Of a stretch of 64,000 nt of DNA, positions 29,736 through 39,750 are shown one piece after another. Within the stretch, counting starts at the first letter, position 1, and each line of letters opens with the position of its first letter. The translations under genes and the position numbers were made by a program. The notes beneath the pieces were generated by a model. It did no database searches and was not told the DNA's origin. It worked only from the letters and a program-made list of their open reading frames with translations. This DNA comes from Nitrospinaceae bacterium UBA7883 (GTDB lineage: Bacteria > Nitrospinota_A > UBA7883): NCBI GenBank assembly GCA_002500605.1, contig DLRR01000002.1, positions 74,299-138,298 on the forward strand. The letters run 5' to 3'.

Positions 29736-30308
29736 GTGCGAATAGTAGGTGGCGAGTTCAGAGGCACCAAGCTGTATTTACCTAACAACAAGGACATAAG
29801 GCCAACGCCTGAAAGGGTTAAGGAAGCTGTTTTCAACATTCTTGGCGCAAACATCAAGGGTGCTTTGTTTCTAGACCTTTATGCCGGTTCAGGGTCGATG
29901 GGACTTGAGGCTTTGTCACGTGGAGCAAGTGTAGTTACCATGGTGGAACTTGAGCACATGGAAGTTATTCGCAAGAATAGCGTAAGATGCGGTATAAACA
30001 ATGATAAAAAACTCAAAGTAATCCACAGTCCAGCCCAAAAGGCGATCAATGTGATGTTAAATCTGAAAGATCGTTATGATCTAATTTATGTCGATCCTCC
30101 ATGGCACTCAAAAAATATGGGTGATAACGCCTTAAGGGCGTTAGGGTTATTAAGCCCAAGTGGGATTTTAATGTTGGAGGCATTCAAAAAAACTAACCTG
30201 CCTGATCCTAATAAGGAGTACAAACTATATGATAGTCGTAAGTATGGAGATACAGTTATCCACTTCTACCGCAATGAAGTAGACAGCAGAAAAAACGTGG
30301 TGCCTTAG
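29736..30308 (+). CDS. rsmD: 16S rRNA (guanine966-N2)-methyltransferase RsmD
   Basis: GTG start. 'RPTPERVKEAVFNIL', 'LDLYAGSGSMGLEALSRGA' and 'DPPW' motifs. Confidence 0.85.
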   Translation: MRIVGGEFRGTKLYLPNNKDIRPTPERVKEAVFNILGANIKGALFLDLYAGSGSMGLEALSRGASVVTMVELEHMEVIRKNSVRCGINNDKKLKVIHSPAQKAINVMLNLKDRYDLIYVDPPWHSKNMGDNALRALGLLSPSGILMLEAFKKTNLPDPNKEYKLYDSRKYGDTVIHFYRNEVDSRKNVVP

Positions 30309-30345
30309 GCAAGCCTATAAGTGGTTGAATTAAAACCACCTAAGC

Positions 30346-31110
30346 TCATTTGTTCTTTTCCTTACCTAATGACCTCATAAACGGCTCTATAAAGTCCATT
30401 GGCAACGGAATAATGGTGTTGGTTGCATTCTCATGTGACATCTCTCGTAGCGTCTGCAGATACCGCAATGTCAAAGCCGCAGGACGTTTTTCTATTATTT
30501 TCGCAGCCTCTGCTAATTTTTCAGCTGCTTGAAATTCACCTTCAGAGTCTATAATTTTTGCTCGCCGTTCCCGTTCAGCCTCAGCTTGTTTGGCCATTGC
30601 CCGTTGCATCTCGCTGGGCAAATCAACATGTTTGATTTCAACGTTGGCAACCTTTATCCCCCATGGGTCTGTTCGCCTATCAAGCAGACTTTGAAGTTCT
30701 GTGTTGATCTTATCCCGTTCGGAAAGTAGTTCGTCCAAACTCACTTGTCCTAGCACCGATCTAAGTGAAGTTTGCGAAAGCTGGCCAGTAGCATAAAAAA
30801 AATCTTCTACTTGGATTATAGCTTTTTCGGAATCAACCACCCGGAAGTATACAACTGCATTAACTTTTATTGAAACATTGTCCTTTGTAATTATATCTTG
30901 GGTCGGCACATCAAAAGCTATAACACGCAACGATACCTTTTTCATCTTATCAATAATTGGCCATAAGATTATAAGTCCTGGCCCTTTGACTTTGAGCAAT
31001 CTACCAAGGCGAAATACAACTGCTCTTTCATATTCGTTTAATACCCGCAAGGCAGAAAAAAGCAATAAGACTATAAATATTATGAATACCGCTATACTGG
31101 TGAGTTCCAT
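30346..31110 (-). CDS. SPFH/Band-7 (stomatin-like) membrane protein
   Basis: N-terminal TM followed by '[16 protein letters not shown]' and a coiled-coil C-terminus. Confidence 0.85.
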   Translation of the reverse strand: MELTSIAVFIIFIVLLLFSALRVLNEYERAVVFRLGRLLKVKGPGLIILWPIIDKMKKVSLRVIAFDVPTQDIITKDNVSIKVNAVVYFRVVDSEKAIIQVEDFFYATGQLSQTSLRSVLGQVSLDELLSERDKINTELQSLLDRRTDPWGIKVANVEIKHVDLPSEMQRAMAKQAEAERERRAKIIDSEGEFQAAEKLAEAAKIIEKRPAALTLRYLQTLREMSHENATNTIIPLPMDFIEPFMRSLGKEKNK

Positions 31111-31234
31111 ATATTGCTCCTTTTATCTATACGTTAAGACGAGAAATACTACGTTTTATAAAGTTATTTTATGCTTTTCATGTTTAACAACAAGCGCCCC
31201 AATTGCTTTCCTTTTAATTTAGCCGCTTGTCGAC

Positions 31235-31909
31235 CTAAGGTCTAGTTATTGTTATACCCCTCACAACGTCAAAAAAAGTCCTAACTTTAGCCTCCGACTT
31301 TTCCCCTTTCTTGTCTTCAACTCCTGATGCAAGGTCTATCCCATACAAACCTGGCATACCTATTGCCTCTGCTACATTGGACGAATTAATTCCTCCGGCC
31401 AAGAATAGTGGGACCTGACATTTTTCTATAATCAGTCCTGCCAAATCCCAATCGCTTTTTACACCAGTTCCACCGAACATTCCCCTACTAGCGGTGTCGA
31501 GCACAAAACCATCTACTCCAGCCAGTATGAACTCTTCCATGCGTGCTAGTATAGTATTCGGGTTCTCATTGTTGTTGCCTTGAGCATTTAAATGGATAGA
31601 CTTATATACCAGCACATCCATTTTGGATTTTATCTGATCTACATCGGAAGTGCTTTCCTGCCCTGTTAATTGTAATGCATATGGTTTCAAAGCCACCATG
31701 CAATCTTTTAGTTCTGGCTTCAAGTTCATGTTGTAAGTGAGCAAGAAACAATGGTCTTTGTGGTTATCAAAAATAGGTGTTGCTCTGTTAATATCCAGAG
31801 ATCTAGGTGACCATTCCACATCTACCACCACGCCAACGAAATCCGCACCATGCTTCATCGCCATATTGCAGTCGCCAAGAGAGGTCTGACCGCAGATTTT
31901 TACTTTCAT
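31235..31909 (-). CDS. trpF: Phosphoribosylanthranilate isomerase
   Basis: 'MKVKICG' start and a TIM-barrel PRAI pattern. Confidence 0.75.
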   Translation of the reverse strand: MKVKICGQTSLGDCNMAMKHGADFVGVVVDVEWSPRSLDINRATPIFDNHKDHCFLLTYNMNLKPELKDCMVALKPYALQLTGQESTSDVDQIKSKMDVLVYKSIHLNAQGNNNENPNTILARMEEFILAGVDGFVLDTASRGMFGGTGVKSDWDLAGLIIEKCQVPLFLAGGINSSNVAEAIGMPGLYGIDLASGVEDKKGEKSEAKVRTFFDVVRGITITRP

Positions 31910-32088
31910 TGTTTTACCAGAAGTAGATTACTAAAAGGGTATTGGAATTTATGACTGCTGAAAGTAATGAACGCTGACTTAAATGGCTTAGGCAAGATCT
32001 AAGCCATAGAGTGTTTGCCGAAAAATATCCTTTAGTATTAGAGAAAACCTTCATGCTATAACCATTGTAGTTTTATCAGGTGGTCTTA

Positions 32089-32865
32089 TCAGCTTTGCGC
32101 TTTTTTATAAATAGAGTGGAGCCCAATTAAGGTCAAGTTTTCTTCAACGTGCTCTATGGTTGAAGAGGCCGTGGCAATTAAACTAGCCTCTCCACCAGTA
32201 GCTATTACCGTCACGCTACCATCTAGAGTTGTTTTCATTTTACTAACCACTCCATCCACAAGGCTCCCATAACCATAATAGGCACCAGCCTGTATTGCAT
32301 GAACAGTGTTTTTCCCTACAATTGATGGTGGTTTGCTGATTTCTACTTTTGGCAACTTTGCAGCTTTTTTATTGAGGGCGTTGAGACTTATGCCTATTCC
32401 TGGGATTATCGTTCCACCAAGGTATTCTGACTGACTTGAAATAGCATCAACAGTAATTGCTGTACCAAAGTCCACTAATATCAGAGGAGGGTTGTAGAGA
32501 GCTAATCCCCCAGCTGCATTCGCTATTCTGTCAGCGCCAACTTCTCTTGGATTGTCCACTTTGATTGATAATCCAGTCTTTATCCCAGGAATCACAAGCA
32601 GTGGTTCAATATCAAAAATCTTTTTGCAAAACCGAACCAGTTGTGGAAGCTGCGGTGGTACTACGCTTGAAATGATAATATCGTCTACCGAACTGGTAGC
32701 AATACCATCTAGCATAAAAAGCTGGTGGACGGTAACGGCCAATTCATCCTCTGTATGGTGCAACTTTGTCTCTAGCCGCCAGCTTGCCTTCAGTTTGTTA
32801 TTTTCGTAAATTCCTAGCACTGTCTGGGTATTGCCCACATCCACAACAAGCAAGGAATGTGACAT
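32089..32865 (-). CDS. coaX: Type III pantothenate kinase
   Basis: 'LLVVDVGNTQTVLG' and a 'GTAITVD' ASKHA fold. Confidence 0.85.
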   Translation of the reverse strand: MSHSLLVVDVGNTQTVLGIYENNKLKASWRLETKLHHTEDELAVTVHQLFMLDGIATSSVDDIIISSVVPPQLPQLVRFCKKIFDIEPLLVIPGIKTGLSIKVDNPREVGADRIANAAGGLALYNPPLILVDFGTAITVDAISSQSEYLGGTIIPGIGISLNALNKKAAKLPKVEISKPPSIVGKNTVHAIQAGAYYGYGSLVDGVVSKMKTTLDGSVTVIATGGEASLIATASSTIEHVEENLTLIGLHSIYKKAQS

Positions 32866-32885
32866 TTTTTATCCTCTTATATTGT

Positions 32886-33671
32886 TTAGTCGAAAAATCT
32901 AGTTTCTCCCGAGTATACAGTTTCCACCACCCCAGGGGAAACCTCTACGAGCAGACCCCCGTTGTCATCAATACCGATAGCCACTCCAACTATGATTCTG
33001 CTCCCTGAAATAACTTCTACTTCTCGCTGTATAAAGGTGGAACAGTACTTTCTGTATTCCTCAATTACTAACTTTGATCCATTTTCTGAAAGGAAATCTA
33101 GCCACAATTCTAGGTGGTTTATCATAGAAGCCAATAGCTTCTCTCTCGATAGAGACATACCGGTTAATTGAAAGAGGGAAGTAGAAGTACGTTGTAACTC
33201 CTCGGGGAATTGGTTGTTTTGCGTGTTAACATTAACACCTATTCCTAAAACTACTATATTTTGATCTCCTTGCTGACGAAGTTCGGCCAGAATGCCTCCC
33301 AATTTTTTTCCATTAAAAACAAGATCATTCGGGTATTTAAGCTCAGGTGTTAACTTAGCGACTTCTTGGCATGCGCAGCAAAGAGCAATTCCTGCTGCCA
33401 ATGTCACCGTGTTAAGGTTTTTAATGTCAATATTGGTACCCCATGCCAAAGAGAAAGCCAGGTTTACTAATGGAGGACTAAGCCAATTTCTGCCCAGTCT
33501 ACCACGTCCCTCGGTCTGGTTTTCAGCCACAACAACAGCAAAGTGAAGTCGTTGTTCATCAAGCCGTTCAGCAACCCAAGCGTTGGTAGAGTCCACTATA
33601 TCTAAGGTCACCAACTCCTTACCAAGTCTCGATGTTTTAAGGAAGTTGAAATAAATGTCTCTATCAAACAT
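32886..33671 (-). CDS. birA: Biotin--[acetyl-CoA-carboxylase] ligase (group I, no HTH)
   Basis: 'QTEGRGRLGRNW' biotin-binding loop. 261 aa with no N-terminal DNA-binding domain. Confidence 0.8.
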   Translation of the reverse strand: MFDRDIYFNFLKTSRLGKELVTLDIVDSTNAWVAERLDEQRLHFAVVVAENQTEGRGRLGRNWLSPPLVNLAFSLAWGTNIDIKNLNTVTLAAGIALCCACQEVAKLTPELKYPNDLVFNGKKLGGILAELRQQGDQNIVVLGIGVNVNTQNNQFPEELQRTSTSLFQLTGMSLSREKLLASMINHLELWLDFLSENGSKLVIEEYRKYCSTFIQREVEVISGSRIIVGVAIGIDDNGGLLVEVSPGVVETVYSGETRFFD

Positions 33672-33825
33672 TGTTGGATTTACACTAAATTATTAATTAG
33701 TAATATGTGCTAACGCCTATGGTCACATGTTAACATACGATAAAATTACAGATAATACCGAGATGCCAAATACTAACTAAGAAAAACAAGATGATTTTAC
33801 TAGTTTTCAATAATGAAGAAAAACA

Positions 33826-34953
33826 ATGAAGAAAGTTATTTATCTAGATAACGCAGCTTCTTCGCATCCAAAGCCTGACATAGTAATAAGGAAGATTAAT
33901 GCAACATTGCAAAAAATTGGTGCAAATCCTGGTAGGTCGGGTCATTCCATGGCGTTAGCAGCCAGCAGAATTTTGTTTGAAACTCGTGAGTCGCTGGCGG
34001 AGTTGCTAAATTTACCAAGTTCTGAACGCATTATTTTTACAAAAAACTGTACTGAAGGAATTAACCTTGCTTTGAAGGGGTTGCTTAAACCTGGCGACAA
34101 GGTTGCTGTATCAAAGCTTGAGCATAACTCTGTTGCAAGGCCATTGGAAACACTAAAGAAAAACGGAGTGATTGTAGAATATGCTCCTTGTGACGAATAC
34201 GGTCTTCCAGACCCAAAAAAGGTTCCCAAGGTAAAAATGCTTGTTACCGTGGCTGCTAGCAATGTTACAGGCGCAGTGCTAGATATAGCAGCTTTATCAT
34301 CTGCCTGCAAATCCAAAGGTGTTGTTTTTATGTTAGATGCTGCCCAAATGGCTGGTTCTATTCCTTTAGACGGGTCACTTTGTGACATTTTAGCAGCCCC
34401 TGGTCATAAGGGCCTGCTCGGTCCACAAGGAACTGGATTTGTGTGGTTCAAAAAAGGTATTGAGCCAGATGTCATACTAGAAGGGGGTACTGGTTCAAAC
34501 TCAGAGGAGTTTGATAGCCCATCTTTCTGGCCTGATCGCCACGAGGCAGGAACCTGCAATACTCCTGGTATAGCTGGCCTTGGAGCGGCAACGCAATACC
34601 TTTTAAAACGTGGAATTGCATCCATCAGGGAACGTGAAACAGTTTTGTGTGAAATGATATTGGATGAAATACGTGATATCGGAAAAGTTATCACTTATCC
34701 GCCGTATGATATAAATAAAAAAGCTAATCTGGTTTTATTCAATGTTGATGGAACTGATCCTTCGCAGCTAGCTTGGGAAATGGACAATCAAGGAGTAGCG
34801 CTACGTTCAGGTCTTCACTGTTGTCCAGAAGCCCACAGATTCTTGGAAACTTATCCAGAGGGTGGTGTGAGGGTAAGCCCAGGCTACGCCACAACAAAAA
34901 AAGATGTGAAACAATTTCTCAAGGTTTTAGATGGTTTTGTCAAACATCGTTGA
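33826..34953 (+). CDS. Class V aminotransferase-fold PLP enzyme (cysteine desulfurase/selenocysteine lyase-like)
   Basis: The NifS/CsdA-like N-terminus 'IYLDNAASS..P', a PLP-lysine region and a C-terminal 'GLHCCPEAH' segment typical of the cysteine-desulfurase family. Confidence 0.75.
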   Translation: MKKVIYLDNAASSHPKPDIVIRKINATLQKIGANPGRSGHSMALAASRILFETRESLAELLNLPSSERIIFTKNCTEGINLALKGLLKPGDKVAVSKLEHNSVARPLETLKKNGVIVEYAPCDEYGLPDPKKVPKVKMLVTVAASNVTGAVLDIAALSSACKSKGVVFMLDAAQMAGSIPLDGSLCDILAAPGHKGLLGPQGTGFVWFKKGIEPDVILEGGTGSNSEEFDSPSFWPDRHEAGTCNTPGIAGLGAATQYLLKRGIASIRERETVLCEMILDEIRDIGKVITYPPYDINKKANLVLFNVDGTDPSQLAWEMDNQGVALRSGLHCCPEAHRFLETYPEGGVRVSPGYATTKKDVKQFLKVLDGFVKHR

Positions 34954-35203
34954 AGGAAAAATAATTGTTGTGTTCCAGTCAACACACATAACACTCAAAG
35001 CCGAAAAAGAGTTAAAGGAAGCTAATATTAAGGTAAGAACCACTATAAAACCAAGAACTATTGGCTCCAATTGCCAACTGGCACTGGTAGTACCACCAGA
35101 GGATGTTCGCAAAGCAGCAATGCTTGTTTCAAAGAAAGGACTCAGCCCTACTGGGTATTATATGCAAAATGCTAAGGAAGAGTGGGAAACCGTAAAAACA
35201 TAA
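34931..35203 (+). CDS. DUF3343-like small protein (putative Se/S carrier-like)
   Basis: 90 aa overlapping the upstream class V enzyme by 23 nt. Its size, charge pattern and single Cys are reminiscent of DUF3343 proteins, which commonly pair with this enzyme family. Confidence 0.45.
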   Translation: MVLSNIVEGKIIVVFQSTHITLKAEKELKEANIKVRTTIKPRTIGSNCQLALVVPPEDVRKAAMLVSKKGLSPTGYYMQNAKEEWETVKT

Positions 35204-35259
35204 CTTCAAAAACTACTACGCTTCAGTTTATCAACTTAACCTTTAATAACTTTATGCTA

Positions 35260-36297
35260 TCAACTAAGGGGTAGTTGCAAAACAGTTCCACTGGTATCCG
35301 ATTTAGAAATTCCAAAATGGTTGTAGGCTTGTTCGGTGGCGATACGGCCCCGAGAAGTTCTTTGAATAAATCCCTGCTGAATGAGAAATGGTTCGTAAAG
35401 GTCTTCTATCGTATCTTTGTCTTCTGAAATAGCAGCGGCAATTGCTTCTATACCAGCAGGCCCTCCTGCAAATTCTTTAATAATCAACAACATAAGCTTT
35501 CTATCCATTTTATCAAACCCTTTACTATCGACTTCTAACATTTTAAGGGCGTCATCTGCTACCTTCCGAGTAATTTTTCCAGTTGACTTTACCTGGGCAA
35601 AGTCACGTACTCGCCTAAGAAGACGATTCGCCACACGAGGCGTTCCACGGCTTCTAGATGCAATCTCTTCGGCACCTTCCTCGGCTATAGGGACATTTAA
35701 TATGGAAGCCGAACGATTAACAATTTTAGCAAGATTGGTAACATTGTAAAATTCCAGCCGATCAACAATTCCAAACCTGCTGCGGAGTGGCCCAGTTAAA
35801 AGTCCAGCACGGGTAGTTGCCCCTACCAAGGTAAACGGTGGCAAATTTAAATTTATTGATCGGGCTGCTGGACCTTGCCCAATAATTATGTCTATTTTAA
35901 AATCCTCCATGGCTGGGTAAAGTATTTCTTCTACGGCTGGAGTAAGCCTATGAATCTCGTCTATAAAAAGGGTGTCATGCTCTTGAAGATTTGTGAGTAT
36001 TGCTGCCAAGTCGCCAGGCCTTTGTAGTATCGGCCCGGAGGTAGTTGTTATGTTTGTTCCCATTTCCGATGCTATGATATGAGCCAATGTGGTTTTCCCA
36101 AGGCCAGGAGGACCGTAAAATAGGCAGTGATCAAGCTCTTGCCCTCTCTGCCTGGCAGCCGTAATAGCGATTACAAGATTCTCCTTCAATTCATCTTGCC
36201 CAATGTAGCTATCAAGCGTTTTTGGTCGTAGACTGTTTTCCAGCCCCACCTCATCTGGTGACTCAAGCTCTGGGTCGGTAACTCTGTGCTCAGACAT
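35260..36297 (-). CDS. ruvB: Holliday junction branch-migration helicase RuvB
   Basis: '[12 protein letters not shown]', Walker A '[11 protein letters not shown]'. 345 aa. Confidence 0.9.
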   Translation of the reverse strand: MSEHRVTDPELESPDEVGLENSLRPKTLDSYIGQDELKENLVIAITAARQRGQELDHCLFYGPPGLGKTTLAHIIASEMGTNITTTSGPILQRPGDLAAILTNLQEHDTLFIDEIHRLTPAVEEILYPAMEDFKIDIIIGQGPAARSINLNLPPFTLVGATTRAGLLTGPLRSRFGIVDRLEFYNVTNLAKIVNRSASILNVPIAEEGAEEIASRSRGTPRVANRLLRRVRDFAQVKSTGKITRKVADDALKMLEVDSKGFDKMDRKLMLLIIKEFAGGPAGIEAIAAAISEDKDTIEDLYEPFLIQQGFIQRTSRGRIATEQAYNHFGISKSDTSGTVLQLPLS

Positions 36298-36566
36298 TTA
36301 ATTTACTATACGGTAATAACATTCACTAGTTTAGATATGGTAATTATACTTTTTAATTAAAGAGTTTGCTTGAGGAAATCATGCTGTCAAGAAAATAACG
36401 TATTAACAAACAATGCTCAAACTGTTTTGGCTTTTTCCTTAGCGTCAATGCAAGAATCAAAAAGCTGGAGATTTTAAGGTAATTATGATAGTTTTCGTGA
36501 AACTGATAAGCTTAGAAATCGAAGCTTTTAAGCAAACACTTTTTTTTGATTTAGGGGGAGACAAAA

Positions 36567-37067
36567 ATGGATCTTATTACGGCGTTAGCTGTGTCAATCG
36601 GCCTGCTAGGCGGAGTGGCAACTTTCTTGTTTGCTAGCATGGGACAACTTGGTTTAGTCTGGATCGCTTTCATCGCTTGGGCAAGCTTTTATCACTGTGG
36701 CGGCGAAGCAAAAGGCCTTCAGGCATCACTCATAGCGAATGTTTGGGGTGTAGTGATGGCATCGGTTGGGCTTTTCTTAATTACCCATCCATTCCTCGGA
36801 ATTACTGGTAATCTTTGGATTGCTATTTGTGTTGGGCTAGGAGCATTTATTTTGGTGTTGGGCGCAAAATTGCCAGCCCTTGCGGCAATTCCCGCTTCGG
36901 TTTACGGTTTCGCTTCAACCGCTGGATACGCTCTACTTACAAGCACTTTTGATGTAACTATGCCTTCTTTTGCGAACCCATTAATTTGTGTTACGCTAGC
37001 GATGGTAGTCGGTGGCATTTTTGGGATTATATCTCAGAAAGTTGCTGGGGCCATAACAGCCGGCTAG
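36567..37067 (+). CDS. DUF1097-like polytopic membrane protein
   Basis: 166 aa with 5-6 predicted TM helices. It is followed by a strong terminator. Confidence 0.5.
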   Translation: MDLITALAVSIGLLGGVATFLFASMGQLGLVWIAFIAWASFYHCGGEAKGLQASLIANVWGVVMASVGLFLITHPFLGITGNLWIAICVGLGAFILVLGAKLPALAAIPASVYGFASTAGYALLTSTFDVTMPSFANPLICVTLAMVVGGIFGIISQKVAGAITAG

Positions 37068-37088
37068 AACAAATAGCCGAACTCTTCA

Positions 37089-37126
37089 CGCAGGCAGGAT
37101 CACAATCCTGCCTGCGTTTGATTTTC
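37089..37126 (+). terminator. Rho-independent terminator (12-bp perfect stem CGCAGGCAGGAT/ATCCTGCCTGCG, loop CACA, then TTTGATTTT)
   Basis: Read directly from the sequence, 22 nt downstream of the stop of the preceding membrane protein gene. Confidence 0.8.
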
Positions 37127-37240
37127 AGCCAAACCCATATCCTTTTATAGATTGCAGTCCATTTTTTCTCTAGCACTTAAGCTCATATTATTACTACCTT
37201 GATTTTGTAGTTGAACTTCACAATGTGCTAATCTCCATCA

Positions 37241-38101
37241 ATGGAAAAAACTATTCTTGCGCATGGCAAAGTTAATCTCTACTTGAAGGTAACCGGTAAA
37301 AGGAGTGATGGATACCATTTATTACGCTCATTTTTCCATAAAATCTCTTTGTGTGATGAGTTAACTTTTTTTCCAACAAAAGCAAACAAGATAACCATAA
37401 AATGCAGCGACCCAAATGTCCCTCTCGATGAGTCAAACTTAGCAGTAAAAGCGGCTAAAGCCTTAGCAAAGATTACTGGTTGCAATAGAGGGGTTCTTAT
37501 AAACATTGTCAAACATATACCTATAGGTAGTGGACTGGGTGGTGGATCATCCAATGCAGCAGCAACGTTGCTGGCATTAAATAATTTATGGAAAACTAAG
37601 GTTAGACATGAGGATCTATTGAAAATTGCCCTAAATCTTGGAGCAGATGTTCCTTTTTTCACTAGCAATTATTCAGCGGCATGGATAGAAGGAATAGGCG
37701 AGGTTATCCTACCCGTATCTGTAAATTCCTCATTGAATATGGTACTGTTTAAACCTGATTTTCCCATATCCTCAAGTACAGCTTTTACCAACTCAAAGTT
37801 TAATTTTGTTAGTGGTCCAAACGGCAAAACTTTAATAGAAAAACTTAGTGGAGGAGATCCTTTCATTGTCGGAGCTACCATGCAAAACGACCTTCAGCCA
37901 TGGGCTTTTGATTGTTACCGAGAACTGGCTGAGTTAAAAACTTCGATTTTACGTGGCAATACCAAACCAATTGCCGTAACAATGACTGGGAGCGGGTCAA
38001 CATTAATGGCTTTATATGAAAATAGTGAAGCTTCCAATAAAGCATATAAAGAATTGTCCAATATATCTAAGTTTGTAAAGGTTGTGACAACTTTGGCATG
38101 A
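37241..38101 (+). CDS. ispE: 4-diphosphocytidyl-2-C-methyl-D-erythritol kinase
   Basis: 'GKVNLYLKV' and the GHMP kinase motif 'PIGSGLGGGSSNAAA'. Confidence 0.85.
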   Translation: MEKTILAHGKVNLYLKVTGKRSDGYHLLRSFFHKISLCDELTFFPTKANKITIKCSDPNVPLDESNLAVKAAKALAKITGCNRGVLINIVKHIPIGSGLGGGSSNAAATLLALNNLWKTKVRHEDLLKIALNLGADVPFFTSNYSAAWIEGIGEVILPVSVNSSLNMVLFKPDFPISSSTAFTNSKFNFVSGPNGKTLIEKLSGGDPFIVGATMQNDLQPWAFDCYRELAELKTSILRGNTKPIAVTMTGSGSTLMALYENSEASNKAYKELSNISKFVKVVTTLA

Positions 38102-38390
38102 GTTTTAGCTTTCAGTGAAAATAGTGATTTTACCGTCGGTTATTTTCTTGTCGATTGCAATCCAAACGCACTAAAAACCTTTCGAGCATCTCATCATTGA
38201 AAGTAATTTAGTAATAAATGTTGTTGGTTTAAATGGTTGTTTAGTTAACTCCAATGGTTGTATCATTACTACTATAGACTTTAATCCCAAATGGGGGAGG
38301 AAACTCTTAAACCAATCAAAGTAAAATTAAACCTCAACTGAGGTTTAAGAAAATGCTCCAAAATAAACAAATTTAAATCTTGAGAGTCAG

Positions 38391-39554
38391 TTGATTTTTT
38401 CCGATTTTTTCAATGTAAACGAAAAGCTTGTATTCAGACTTTCCCTAGATCTGAATACGGAGCAATTTACTTGTCATGTAAAAAAAATTAAGAATAAGTT
38501 CATGGCTGTTTTGATCTCCAGACGAGACAAACCAAAAATTAGCCCCTCAATTGGTGACGAGTTGTTTATTTACCACAAAAACGACAATTGTAATCATGTT
38601 ATTCAGACCAAAATCGCCCAAAACAAACAATTTCCACTACTTACTTTATTTATGACCGAGTTATACGACCCAATAGTTGGAATTGAAGGTGCGGAACTGC
38701 CAGCAAGCTCCAGTTTAATAGAGAATATTTCAAATGATCATATAGGAGACAAAATAATTGGAGTGAATGAACACATCACTCATTTAGATTTTGCCACGGA
38801 AGAAAGTGAACTGAACGAAATTATAAAAGAGCAGTCGGATACGGACAGCGCGATTACTGGTGAGCCCAAAACAAGCCTAGCTTGGGAAGAAGCTGAGGAG
38901 GAACCTTTGGTGCTGGACACAGGTTTAAATGACAAATGGAAAGCTCAATCAAAATTGTCGCCAGATGCCACGAGTTTAAAGGATCACTTTGGGTTCAATT
39001 ATTTTCTTATTTCTGACGAGACCAGGAAAAGAATAAATAAAGTTATTACGGATTATGGCTCAGCTGATGGAGATTCCAGCGAATGCATCAACGACCCAAA
39101 AAACCCAGAGTTTGGTGAGCAAACTGACCTATTCTTGGTGGAAAAAGTTAGAGGAATAGATGCTAGGTTAACAAAACTGGAAAACATTGCCAGCGCAATT
39201 TTTAGCTATCACGCTGCGCAAGAGAACCTTACCACAGATCAAATTGTGTCAAGCTCTTTTGCTCGACCTGATAATGCTATTTGCCTTTCAATAGACAGCT
39301 TAGGGATTACTGCGGCTATTCAAGAACCAATTCCTAACCGCTCCACCGCTTTACTGTCTGTCGACCGGTTCTGGGATCCGCCGCTTCATTTTACCGCAGT
39401 TGCCGAAACAGAAGAGTCAAAAGAATGCGAGAACAACCTGTTCATTTGTCGGTTTTGCTTTGTTGCCATAAATTCAGATGACCAAATGTCCATAGACAAC
39501 TATTTGGCTCGATGGTCGGAATTTCTAGAAAAAATCACCAAAAGCAGGCAATGA
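38391..39554 (+). CDS. Hypothetical protein, possible PilZ-like N-terminal domain
   Basis: 387 aa. The N-terminal ~100 aa has a beta-rich PilZ-like pattern. This is followed by an acidic linker and a C-terminal domain with a 'CRFCF' motif. No clear family. Confidence 0.4.
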   Translation: MIFSDFFNVNEKLVFRLSLDLNTEQFTCHVKKIKNKFMAVLISRRDKPKISPSIGDELFIYHKNDNCNHVIQTKIAQNKQFPLLTLFMTELYDPIVGIEGAELPASSSLIENISNDHIGDKIIGVNEHITHLDFATEESELNEIIKEQSDTDSAITGEPKTSLAWEEAEEEPLVLDTGLNDKWKAQSKLSPDATSLKDHFGFNYFLISDETRKRINKVITDYGSADGDSSECINDPKNPEFGEQTDLFLVEKVRGIDARLTKLENIASAIFSYHAAQENLTTDQIVSSSFARPDNAICLSIDSLGITAAIQEPIPNRSTALLSVDRFWDPPLHFTAVAETEESKECENNLFICRFCFVAINSDDQMSIDNYLARWSEFLEKITKSRQ

Positions 39555-39750
39555 ACCTAACTAAAGTAAATGGGAAAATTCCGCGTAAAATAAAACATCA
39601 CATTAGGCAGTGAACAGAAATGTTCAAGGCAAAGCGCCAAAAGTATAAAGTATTATTTCGTTGACCAGTCAACAGACTTTCTGTTATTCTCATTCCCCAA
39701 ATATTTAAAAATCAAAATGTTAGCTTTAATGATTGGGTGGCTCCTTTTAA

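Noticed and set aside
38330-38347. Hairpin AAACCTC-AACT-GAGGTTT in the ispE-downstream gap as an sRNA/terminator
   Set aside because: It is a weak 7-bp AT-rich stem with no U-tract on the + strand, and there is no minus-strand gene that it could terminate.
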